Assembly (NCBI GenBank): GCA_037447605.1
Contig: CM074813.1
Span: forward strand, 3,038,001-3,102,000
Source of the DNA: Zygnema circumcarinatum SAG 698-1b
Taxonomy: Eukaryota > Plantae > Zygnematophyceae
Direction: 5' to 3'
DNA: 64,000 bases
The translations under genes were made by a program, and so were the position numbers. The notes beneath the pieces were generated by a model that saw nothing but the letters and a program-made list of their open reading frames with translations, was not told where the DNA came from and searched no databases. Shown in pieces: positions 1 to 11,700 of this stretch (position 1 is the stretch's first letter; every line of letters begins with the position of its first letter).

Positions 1-134
1 TGTTCAGTTTCAGACTTGCTAAAGTTTAGGGTTTATGCCTCTATTTTCGTTCGTTGGGTACATTGAAGGATATTAGGGTTTAAAACTGTTTGGTCTTTTC
101 TTAAGAAGAAAGCGCATTCATGTGCTGCACTTAC

Positions 135-1279
135 CTTAAATATGTTCGCATTTTTAGAGCTCCCACGACTTCTGACCGTACCAGCTGACCGTTGCTGTTC
201 ACCAAAATATTCACACTTTCAACAACGTCCAAAAATACCTGTTCACATAGAAAGAAAAAAAGAAAAATAAACGTTTTTTCTGTGCCGATACAAACATGCC
301 AAACATTGAAGGGGATCCTGAAATGAAATGAATCTCCAATCCAAATACCAAACACTAAGTCCAAAAACATTGAAAACCCTACCAGCCCTAAACCATATAA
401 CACTTATGAACCGTTTTTAACTCTAAAGTTAACTCTGAGTTTTTAACTCTGAGTTCAATCCCATTTTCCATTCTCTTTTCTTTTCTTTTTAACTCTAAAG
501 AGATTGTAGGGTTATGAAAGAAACTTAAAAACCAAATAGATCTGCACCTCATTTTTCTTGTACCGAATCCCCTCGCTTCTCCATGAAACTGCGTTAGTAA
601 CAGCCATGGGCGGGCGAGTCGTAGTTTCCATTTTGTAAGCATCAGTTTTTATAAATTCGCTTAAAATTTTCGCTTCCGTATATTGGGGATATCCAAAATC
701 CATCATTTCGTCCAGAAGCTCATACTGCAGAATGGGACAAACAGAGACATAAAAACGAGAAAAAAAAAAAAAAACAGAAAATGAAATGTGTTCATTAGTG
801 ATAACAGCTTGAATGATTGGAACAGTTCTAGATCAAGTTTCAAAGCGGAAAGAAAAAAAGACAAAGCGGAAGCTTCCTTTGTCCTCCGAAGCAGCCACTT
901 GTGAACAAACTGCGGCAAAAAAAAAAATCTTGCATGAACGCACTTACCACTACTACAAAATTATCTCGCAGAGATTCCTCTTCAAGCTCCTCAAAATAGT
1001 GCTTGAAAACCTGCATGGTGAAAGGAAAAAATTAAAAAGGGGAAGGCAAATTAAGCCCGTGGAAAATCAAATAATGAGAAGGAAGCTTTTTCATAAAATT
1101 CATTTGAAACAAGCAAGCACCCCATGAAAAGCCCAGTACGGAATGGAATAGAGTGAATTAAACTAGCAGCACAGCCTACTTTTATCTGCCCTACAAAGCG
1201 TTTTACTATGCAACCCCCCCTTGTCTTCCCTTGAAATCTAAACTAAAGATTCAAAAGAGAAATTTCAACCGAAATGGAA

Positions 1280-1363
<84 letters not shown>

Positions 1364-2620
1364 AGAGTGAGGAATTCGGTACATAAGGTTGTAGCGTTCC
1401 GAAAAGGGGATTTCTCACATCTACGATGCGATGAAGGAAGAGGAGGAGACTTGCAGCATTGCAGTTCTGCTTTGAGGCTGTCATCAAATACACGTTGTTG
1501 TGCTGAATGAATTGGTACGTCACCCCGTCGTCATAGATCACGGGTTCGCGGGAGGCAGGATCATCCTATACGCAGCGGGCACATACAAAGGACATAAAAA
1601 TTAAGAGAGAGAGAGAGAGAGGGGAGGCGCGAAAGAGAGCAAAGGGGAAGCGAGAAAGAGGGACAAGGGAGAAAGGAGGGGGAAAGCGAAAAAAGAGAGA
1701 GTGGACGACGAGAGAGGAAGCGGTGAAGCAGCGAAATCAAAGAGGCCAAGGAGGTAGAGGAGAGAGGGAGGAAGTGGGGGAGAGGGAGAATGGGAGAGGC
1801 AGAAAAGAGAGGGTAAGAGAGAGAGAGGGAACCAGCGCGGAAAGAAGGAGAAGGGAACCTTCAAGTTTTGTCTAGTGTCATGGCTGAATGCCGGATCCAT
1901 GCAATCAATACACCTTAGAGGAAACGTAATGCGCATCTTGACAGACAAAGGAACATCGTTCGGCCACATGGATACTCGCACATGGATTTTCTGCCCTGCG
2001 CGGATCAACCTGCTTGTCTCTCGCTTTCTTCAACCCCTCTCTCCCTCTCTTCTACTCGCCCTTCATCCTTCACAACTTTCTACTCTTTTTCAATGCTTTT
2101 CTTCCTCTCTCTTTCGCCCCTCCACTACCTCCCCTCCCTCCCTCACGACGAACTATGCTCCTGACTCAATATAAAACCACCTCAATCTGCGCACATAAAA
2201 ACCCTGAAATGTCGACAAACCACCAACTGAATCACCTCAACGACCTATAGTCTCCACTAATCTGTGCTCACATAGAAACCCATTTAAGGAAACGCTAGCA
2301 AAACTACCTAACTTGCTTGATCCGTCCATGCCACTTTCCTAACCCTAATTTCCACCACATGCCTTTTCTGCCCCGGCTTTTCTGCACAATCAAACCCTAA
2401 AAAAACAACCAATGAAACAAAAAACGTCTAAAATTCCTAAATTCATATATTTACTTTTACTTTTGCATTTATTTCGTTGCAGATGGCTCACCTCTCCCTC
2501 CATTAGTTTGGCAAAAAACCGCTCCGCCAAAGAGGCGGGAACGTCTCCTCTGTAGTCTCTCCATATCAGGACCCTCCCCTTCATATCTAACAGGTAAATC
2601 GCCGACGCAGCGCCCGACAT
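135..2620 (-). CDS. AP1M: AP-1 clathrin adaptor complex subunit mu (5' five exons; gene continues beyond window start)
   Basis: Exons 2620-2492, 1565-1419, 1010-948, 724-548 and 238-135 with GT-AG borders splice in frame. They give MSGAASAIYLLDMKGRVLIWRDYRGD...ELEEESLRDNFVVVYELLDEMMDFGYPQYTEAKILSEFIKT...[24 protein letters not shown], the hallmark mu1-adaptin motifs. Confidence 0.96.
1289..1361. repeat. (GA)n microsatellite in AP1M intron 2
   Basis: Uninterrupted GA dinucleotide run. Similar runs occur at ~3640-3675 (TC) and ~21085-21133 (GA). Confidence 0.95.
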
Positions 2621-3633
2621 GGTGTAAAAAAATCTGTAACCCTAAAAACCTAAAAGAGGGTTGAAATGTTCTAGAAGATAGCCTTAAAGTCCGTGAAAGC
2701 CTACTCTAATGTCACCTGCAGCACTTCCCAAACCCTAAAATCACCTAAAAAAGAGCCTTCAAGCTCCTAAAATCCTATTTTTTCGGAGTTCCAGAAAACA
2801 TGGAGATCTTCCTCCTGCTTCACTCAAACACCCTACTGTTTGACACCCTTATTTCAGCAAATAATGCTCTCACGTTTGCCCTTCTGCAACAACATGGCCT
2901 TCTGAATGAGATACGCCGCAGAATGTGATGTATCAGATGTAACCTGCTGTTGATTTCGCGATGTCATGTGTAAAGCCCCGGCCTGCTCCGCGCAATGGAG
3001 GAGCTCTCCGCCATGGCTGCCTCCGAAGAGGAGAGGAGAGGGAGTAGAGGGGGAGGGTGCCATCTGTCAAGGGCAGCCCCTTGCAGGCCGTGCGACGCTC
3101 TGCGACGTCGTCCGACCCATGCGATGTCCTGCGACTCTCGCGCAAGTTGTACCCCTGCGATGTCCCCCTTCATGCTTCGCGGTGCGATCGTTTTCCCCCT
3201 CCATGCGATCTCATGCGATGTCAGGGAAAGTCGTTTGACAGTCGCACCATCTAAGATGTCGTCGCAACGCGTCGCACACTATCGCAGAGTCGCACGGTTG
3301 AAGGAACGCTTCGGCCGAACCGGGCCAAGGGAAGTTGCAGAACGGTTCCATGCACGCAAAAAACCGTTTCTTGGAAAAACTACATCCGTAAAAATAGATT
3401 TTTAAAGCCACGCCGTTCCATGTACTGTACTGCACTGTACTAATTCCTGGTACTGTACTGTACTTGTGACAGGTGTCACGCCCTGGAAGGCTCGAGGAAA
3501 CTGCGGCAGAGAGTGGTAGACACGCAGCGGGCTGAAGCCACGTGGCGCTCTCTCCCGCTCTCCCTCTCTCACTGCCTCCCCCTTCTCTAACTTCACGGCT
3601 TCCTTGGTTGCTGTCCTCTCTGTCTGTCTCTCG

Positions 3634-3677
<44 letters not shown>

Positions 3678-3683
3678 GCCATC

Positions 3684-6356
3684 ATGGCGGATGGCGCGCC
3701 ACGTGTACGGATAGGCGTCCTTGCGTTGCAGGGGGCCTTCCGGGAACACTCGACAGGTGGGTGGTGCCACGTGGCGCTCAGGGAGACAGCTGTCAGGCTG
3801 TAGGGTGTGGGTGGGAGGCACGTCCAGCTGGAGGGAGTGGGGACAGGGGAGGGAGACAGAGAGGGAGAGGCAGAAAGCTATTAGAGAGAGAAATGGAGCG
3901 AGACAGAGAGGCAAATTTAAGGCATGCATGCGCTCCTTTAAGGCGAGGAATAAGGTAGGCTTCAAAGCTTAAGAAGTCAATAGGGTCGCCCAAGTCAAAG
4001 CGTTCAACATACTCCAGAAGTCAATGAAGTCAATGGCTGCCGCGTGCAGCGCTGAGTCGCTTTGGGGCGGAAGCGGTGGAGGTTCGGCGGCCGGCGGACC
4101 TGGCGGGGGTCGACGGTCTCATAATTCCTGGAGGGGAGAGTACGGCCATGGCCAATTTGGCAGAACGTTGTGGACTGGTAATAAAACTCTTTTTCCCCCA
4201 CTCTCTTTCGCTCTCACACACACACACCCCCTCTCCCACTCAATTCCGCAGTAACTTGCTTATTTCCTTAAACTCTTAAAGTCTTATACTCGGAACCTTT
4301 AAAATCTAAACTGACAACCTTCAGAAATCTTTCACAGCACGCACCACATTGTCTCAATATGAGCTCTAAAAGCTTCGTAAAAGTCGAAACTTCCGTAGAG
4401 ACCACAATTTGGCTTACCTTTCCTCTGTTTGAGTCACTCTGGATTTTGCTTTGCAGTCTCCCTCGCCCCTCTCTTCTCCCCACCCCTTTTTTTAATTTCT
4501 TTCAAACTATTTCATCTTTCTAATTGTGATTAAGGGGGGCGACGTTGCGGTGCAGACAGGTGCTTTGAAGGAGTTCGCGGGCACTGGCAGGCCTATGTGG
4601 GGGACATGTGCAGGCTTGATTTTTCTTGCTGACCGAGCTCTCGGTAAAAGCGGCAAATTCTTCTTCCCGCCCTTTTTTTTGGGCTGACCGAGCTCTCAAT
4701 TGAACAGAGAGCAGGACAGTTGCAATTGTGGAGGGGTATTTGCACGATTTTTTTTTTTTCAAATTTGTGTCACCCTCCCAATTTTTAATGTAGGTTTTAT
4801 GTGTTATTTGCTCAGCCATCCCCTTCTTGCTTTTTTCTATTGGCTTTTTTATAGGGCAAAAAACTGGCGGGCAGGCGCTGCTGGGGGGACTTAACTGCAC
4901 CGTGCATCGAAACTTTTTTGGAAGTCAGGTGCAGTTTTTCTTGCCCCCTGGAGTGTAGCGGAATCAGGAAATGAGAGGGAGAGGACTGGAAGAAGGAGAG
5001 GAGTGAGGAGGGGAGTTTGTGAACGAGAAACAATAGGAGGATTGGAGAGAGAGTGGGTGAGAGAGAGAAAGTGAATGGGTGTGAGAAACAAGGGGGAAAA
5101 CGGGAGGGAAAAGTGTGAGAAAGATAGTAGAAGCGGAGAGGGAGAGGGAGTAACGGGGAGCGAATGGCTGACAGAGAGTGAAGGAGAGAGAGACCTTGCG
5201 GCCGGAAAGGGCAAAAGGAGGGAGGAGGTGGGGGCGGGGGAGGGAAGGGGAGGGGATGAAATCATAGATAGGGATGAAGGAAGAAATGTAAAGTGAAAGT
5301 GGAAGGAAGGGTTGGCGAAAGAGTCAGAAGAGGGAAAGCTAGGAGGGATAGTGAGAGATATAAATTAAGAGTGGGAGAGAGATAAGAGAGGAAGAGGAGT
5401 TAACAGACCGTTCGTTTTCTAAAAAAAAGATGCACTGAATCACAGGGGCTTGCCTGTCAATCCCCTCTTCTTTCATTTTTCTTTTCAGATTAATAGTTTT
5501 GAAACAGATTTGCCGGCGCCCCCCCAGCTGAAGGAATTTGGCGGCCCTGATCATTTTAGAGCGATATTTATCCGCGCCCCGGCAGTGGTCGAGAGCGGAG
5601 AAAATGTCGAAGTGTTAGCAGAGTATCGCCCCTTTCAACCCGCCGATAATGTGAGTGAATATGACGAAAATATTAACATTCTTACGCGCACACAGATGCG
5701 AAGGAGAAGTAAAAACTTGACACTTAAGCTCCGAATGGCTAAAACTGTTTGATTCCGGAACCATACTCAGATTCGTCGAAGTTGCCCTTGTTGAGTCGCA
5801 CTCTCTCTCGCTCTCACACTCTCCCATCCCCCCGCTTCTCTCCCCCTCCCCCNNNNNNNNNNCCCCTCCCTATTGCAGGTGGAAAAAGTTGCAGTAGCAG
5901 TCAAGCAGGGCTCCCTGTTGGCAACAGCGTTTCATCCGGAACTGACAGCCGACACTCGCTGGTGGGATACCAAACCACTCACTCCTTCACTTTTGTCTAT
6001 CTCTTTTCCTTTACTTTCTCCGTCTCCCTCTCCCATTCCTCCCTCCTCTCCGCCCCCCTCTCCCTCCCGCTCTTACTCAGTTTAGCGAACAAGACTTCCT
6101 CTGCTTCTCCTACGCATGTTCGGTTACATGTTGCGAATCAGTTCAAGGATAAAATTTGTGCACTCAAATTCTACTTTCGCGGCGCAGGCATCAAATGTTT
6201 GTGAAAATGGTGGAGGAGCATTGCCGCAGTGCGTCCAAATTGGGTAAAGAGGCTGCTTCGTCCCTTGAGTCGGCGCCCAAGGAAACTCTCCGGGTGACCA
6301 GGCCCCCCGATATTCCGGTTTTCAGCCAATCAGATCGCTTGAGCTTCGATCTTTAG
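3684..6356 (+). CDS. PDX2: Pyridoxal 5'-phosphate synthase glutaminase subunit (SNO/PdxT family), 7 exons
   Basis: Spliced product [22 protein letters not shown]...[12 protein letters not shown]...[13 protein letters not shown]...[14 protein letters not shown]...AIFIRAPAV...[16 protein letters not shown]. The class I GATase Cys (GTCAG) and FHPE His/Glu are intact. Stop at 6354-6356. Confidence 0.96.
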
Positions 6357-6444
6357 GCTTTGAAATTATGCATTGGAATAAGGCTTTGAAGCTTTGAAGT
6401 TATGCATTGGTTTTTCTAGCTTGAGAGATGACGCCGGGGTTTAA

Positions 6445-6510
6445 AAAGTGGATCCTTAGCTCAAAGTGGATCCTTAGCACACAGTGGATCCTTAGCACAA
6501 AGTGGATCCC
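6445..6510 (+). repeat. 18-bp tandem repeat x3.7 (AAAGTGGATCCTTAGCAC) in PDX2 3' region
   Basis: Units start at 6445, 6463, 6481 and 6499. Confidence 0.9.
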
Positions 6511-6720
6511 TGGGTTTCAGAAGGTGCAGCAGCATTGCGTTCAATGAATTTCATCATGTCACGGTGAAGCTGGGCAAGTCTGAGGAGGTACATAGGTCAT
6601 AATATGTGTAGGATATCCCTTTTACTTTTTCTTTCTAAAAAAAAAAAAATACGAACATTTGAACTTTCTTCGTAGTGTGTCTAATGTTGATCTTTAAAAT
6701 GTTGACCCTAAAGACGTATC

Positions 6721-8367
6721 GAGTGCCTCGATATGCCGATACACTTGCCAATACGTCGATGAGCCATATGTTTCATGCGGAATGCGCGGCTTCATGAACA
6801 ATGTGTGGTTTAGATATTTGCATTTGTTTCATGAAAGGCCAACATGGCCAACAACAACAACAGCAACAACAACAACATGGAGAATCATGAGGAACTAACC
6901 GCTCTTTAGGGTTCTGAAAGCAGTTATCCGTACGATTTCAGACCGTACAGATTGTGTACTGTACTGTACTGTACTGTACTGTACGTATTGTACGTCCCAA
7001 TACAAGTAGGACCCCGTCATATTTTCCACCATCAAAAGTGCGTCCCCAAGAAATTCGCCCCGATTTTGCCGAAGGGTAGTGATATTTCCACCCCTTTTTT
7101 GGATCCAAACACCCCTTCCCGGCCGGGCAGATTTCAGAAGGGATTAAAAACAGAAAATGCTTTTTTCACACCTTTTTGGAATCGATACCTACCTTCTTCC
7201 GTCGGCTGATTTTATTTTTGCTAACCAAGGAAAATGATACCACGTCACCGCATTTTGAATACTGTATCCCGCCTCACTGAATTTTTTTTTTGAGGGAAAG
7301 AATTATCTGCCTGCCCGAATCCGCTCGGAGCGGAAGGTCCGTCCGCCACAAGATCGTTCGCGGGTGTCCGTCCTTCACACGTGTGTGTCAATCGCAGCTG
7401 TCGATTCCCTCGCAGATCGCACCACTGCAAATCACCGTTCGATCTGCAGCCGGGCTCGATCTTAGCGAATGGAAAGCGCCCACGAGTCCCGTCAAAGCCA
7501 AATCGCAAGTGCGAGTGCGCGCGTCCCTCGGCCCGAGATCTCGTCATTGTTAGCTCCCAGCCAACATCTGCCACGTGTTTCATTTTTGACGTGGAAAATT
7601 ATGATTGGTTCAAGATCTCAATGTACAAAATTTTGGGTTCCTCACATTGCGATCGTACGCCATTTGTACGGACAAATTTTTGAGACGACTTTGGCGGGAT
7701 ACGTGGGCAGGTGCCCCGCGCTGTGACCGAGCCCGGCTGCCGATCAAATAGTAATCTGCCGTGTTGCGATCTGCGAGGGAATCGACGGCTGCGATTGACC
7801 GCACGCGTGAAAAAAAATTCAGGTAAGCGGGATATTCAAATGGGGTGATGGGTTATCATTTTCCTTGTTTCGCAGAAATAAATCTGCCGATGGAGGGTGG
7901 TATCGATTCCAAAAAGGTGTGAAAAAGCCATTTTCCGCTTTTAATCCTTTTTGACATCTGCCCGGCCGGGAAGGGGTGTTTGGATCCAAAAAAGGGGTGG
8001 AAATATCACTACCCTTCGGCAAAATCGGGGCGAATTTCTTGGGGACGCACTTTTGATGGTGGAAAATATGACGGGGTCCTACTTGTATTGGGACGTACAA
8101 TACGTACAGTACAGTACAGTACAGTACAGTACACAATCTGTACGGTCTGAAATCGTACGGATAACTGCTTTCAGAACCCTAAAGAGCGGTTAGTTCCTCA
8201 TGATTCTCCATGTTGTTGTTGTTGCTGTTGTTGTTGTTGGCCATGTTGGCCTTTCATGAAACAAATGCAAATATCTAAACCACACATTGTTCATGAAGCC
8301 GCGCATTCCGCATGAAACATATGGCTCATCGACGTATTGGCAAGTGTATCGGCATATCGAGGCACTC
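6721..8367. repeat. Perfect outer inverted repeat (6721-~7130 vs ~7958-8367) ending at an N-gap
   Basis: Flanking sequence, including the (CAA)n and (TGTAC)n tracts, is mirrored exactly. The right arm stops at the gap at 8368. Confidence 0.9.
7001..8087. mobile_element. Non-autonomous foldback/MITE-like DNA element with long inverted arms
   Basis: 7001-~7500 is the reverse complement of ~7690-8087. The arms are identical to ~7130 and diverged inward, with an ~85-bp insertion in the left arm. Terminus TACAAGTAGGACCCCGTCATATTTTCCACC. No transposase ORF. Confidence 0.7.
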
Positions 8368-8786
8368 NNNNNNNNNNCGTACTAGCCGTACGAGCTGTAG
8401 TAGCCGTTACGGGCTCGAAGCTTTTTGGTTTGCTGCCTCAGTAAAGGCTAAGGCGTGCTTCATGTACTGTATGCGGTTTGCCACGATACGATACGGTACG
8501 ATGCGGCGCGATATTAAAGCAAACGATACGATACGATATGATACGATGTGTACGGACATACATGAACTCTAACATAATTCCGCTCGCCTATTGGTAACAC
8601 GGACCTTATATTTGCCAAATACAATATTTCGCCCGATTTTTGCCAAATGTAGGTGGAAAATATGACGGGGTCCTACTGTATGACGTCAACTTGTACATTC
8701 GTACGGGTTGTCCGTACTACCTCTCTCCCCACAGTCTCGTCCTCCCTTCCACTCCCTCTCCCTTTCCCTCTCCCTCTCCCTCCCCC

Positions 8787-11700
8787 ATGGCGGCCGCCCA
8801 GCTGTCCTCCCTCGCAGCTCCTCTCCTTGCAGGCGGGGAGGAGGCCCGCCGGGCTTCCACATGGCGTGAGGCCAGTCTCCCTTCTGACACGTGGCGGGAG
8901 GGCAGGCGCCTGCCACTGCAGCAGAGCCAGGGAGGCCATGGCGGAAGCTTTCAGCCATGGCGGCCGGGGAAGGCGCGGGAGGTGCGAGCCACGATGGCGG
9001 CTCAGGCACCGCCAGTGGAAGTGGCGGCACCTGTCGTGCGCGCTCCGTCTGGGTGAGGGTTTAGGGCTTAGGATTAGGGTGTAAGTTAGTTTAAAGTCAA
9101 ATTTCAAATTTGCAATTTTAGGGTGTCATGAAGGGGAAGTCAGGGTGTGATGTTCAAATTTTGGAGCTTTGGGTTTTGGGTTCGAGAGATTGGCTACCGG
9201 GTTCACGTTTGAAGCAATTCCATACATTACCTCCCTCTCTCTCTTTCTCCCTTTCTGTCACGCTCATTCTTCCAATCATTCATTCTCCCTGAGAGAGGGA
9301 GAGAGTCCGTGCCTCCTATATTCCCTCTCCATTTCTGTTTCATTCTTTTAGTGTAATGCTGGAAAACGTGAGCATAACATAAACAAGAATAGCAGTAGTA
9401 ATAACAAACTGTTAGTTAATAGTTCGTGATTGATAATGATCAGAAGTTGAACAATATTCAAAATTCATATTGTTCGACTAATGACTTTGAATTGACAGCT
9501 GTTTCTATGTATATATAAAACTATGAGATCATTAGAACAGAAAATAATAAAGACAGGTACGAGTTCTTAGAGAATGGGGCTTTGAGGAAGCTCCTTACTA
9601 AATTCTCCCTCCCTTCCTCTCCCACCCCCCACTCCCATCCCTCTCCCCGGCCTCCTCCTTCCTCCTTCCCTCCCAACTCCCTCCTCCCTCCCTCCGCCCT
9701 TCTCTTTTTCTGGTCTTCTCCTAACCTTCTGCCTGACCTTATCCCTCCTCCTCTCCCTCACTTCCTTTCTCCTCCTTCCCTCCCTGGCCCCGCCTCCATC
9801 CCTCCCTCATCCACCCTCTCCCTCTCCCTCACCCGTCCCTCACCTCTCCCTCCCCTCCCTCACCCCCACCTCTCTCCCTCCCCCCTTTCCTCCCCTTCCC
9901 TCCCCTCCCCACCTTCCCTTCCCCCGCTTCCCTCCCCTTTCTTCCCCCTCCCTTCTCCCATCCCTCCCCCATCCCTCACCCACCCCCTTCCATTCCCTCA
10001 CCTCCCCCTTCACCCCTCCCTCCCCNNNNNNNNNNGGGAGGGGGAGGGGGAGGGAGAGGGGATTTTAGGGTTAGGGCTTTTTTGGGAAGCACGGGGAGGG
10101 GTTTTACTGAACGGTGGAACGGAGGGTGTGCGCATGGAACAAGCGGAGGGAAGGTGGAGGATCTCACGAAGGAGGCGCGTGTGGAGAGGGAATTGATGCT
10201 TCTCAAACTTCATGCGAGCCCCGCGCAAAGGACAGAGGTGATTAACTGCTTACATTAGAAGGAATGGAAAATAAAATATTTGACCTAGTTTCTCAGTTTG
10301 TTGGTTTATCAGTTATATGGTCTATTACTGTACCAGTCTATGTTTATCCTTTTTCTGAGGTATTCTCATGGATGAAGTGAGAGTTAGTTCATTTTCTTTC
10401 TTTTTTCTGAGACATTTCTGCCGCCATGTGGCGGCCTCCCATTGGCAGATTCTCGACCTCGTGCAAATTTTTCGTGCTCGTGTGGTTGACGTGGCAGAGG
10501 ATTCTCTCATCATTGAGGTGAGGTGCAGGCTTCAAATTCTATCTCATTTCCCTCTCTCCCTCCCTCCTCTCGCCTTCCCCCCCCCCACCTTCAAAACTTT
10601 TAAACTCTTGGGTGCAATCAATGCTGGTTGTCTGAATGGGGAGATGGCAGGTTTTTTGCTCTTTCTGACTGTCTCCCCATTTTTTCCATTCTCTGGGATG
10701 AAAATTGGGGATGATTCACCCTGGCAGGTGACAGGAGACCCGGGGAAACTGGCAGCATTTCAACGAACAATGCAGAAATTCGGCATCAAGGAATTGTCGC
10801 GAACAGGCAAGGTATTTGAAGACTGAGCTGAAACGGTCTAACTAAATTAAAGCTTATCTCCTGCATCATCTCCACCACCCCCCCTCATTAACCTCCACAT
10901 TACCCCCAAAAGCACCCCCCAACAGCATCCCCACGCATCATCCCCCACATCACCATCCCCCATAACCGCCACATCATCACCTTCCACAACATCCCCTACA
11001 TCATCCCCGACATTCGCCACCACATCCTCGTCCACATCACCGCCCCCATCACCATCCCACGCATCATCCCCCACATCACCATCCCCCATATCCGCCACAT
11101 CATCACCTTCCACAACATCCCCTACATCATCCCCTACATCCGCCACCACATCATCTTCCACATCACTGCCCCCATCATCATCCCACACACCCACCACACC
11201 ATTTTGTGCCATGTCAGCACATGCCACGTCAGCTTAGAGGAGGTCTGTCTGTCTGCCTGCCTGCAGATTGCGCTGCGGCGCGAGCGCAACGACCCGGCGG
11301 CGGTGGAGGCACAGCTCCGCGCGGCTGAGAGCGCAATGGTGGCGGCGGAGAGGGAGGAGGAGGAGGAGGGGGGAGACCACTCGCCGCTGGGAGGGGGAGG
11401 AGGGGGGGCCGTGACAGACGTCACGCCCTCGACAGACCTGCTCTCTTCAGACGTAAGACGCCCAGCATTGACTTCTGTTGACTTGAGTTGACTTGGGTTG
11501 ACCTGAGTTGACTTGGTTGGCTCTTGGAAATCGTGAGGAATTGTGCTGGGTTGTGCCTAGTCTCGTCACCCTTCCCCCCCACGCCTCTCCCGCCCTTCCA
11601 TCTCTCTCCTCTCTCTAAAAACTTTGTCTGTTCCTCCTTGCTTTCCATTATCTGTCTGTCTCTCTCTCTGACCCTCCTGTTCCCCATTCGTCTTCTTTTC

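Noticed and set aside
6445-6510. CRISPR-like short palindromic repeats
   Set aside because: The units are contiguous with no unique spacers, the context is eukaryotic and there are no cas genes.
6952-8136. Twin ORFs MCTVLYCTVLY... on opposite strands
   Set aside because: They are a consequence of the inverted repeat and the (TGTAC)n tract, with no transposase motifs.
9582-10196. Long Pro/Ser/Leu- or Arg/Glu/Gly-rich ORFs (also 25111-25782, 28541-29141, 57274-58030, 61198-61669)
   Set aside because: These are stop-poor translations of intronic or intergenic CT/GA low-complexity tracts and minisatellites.
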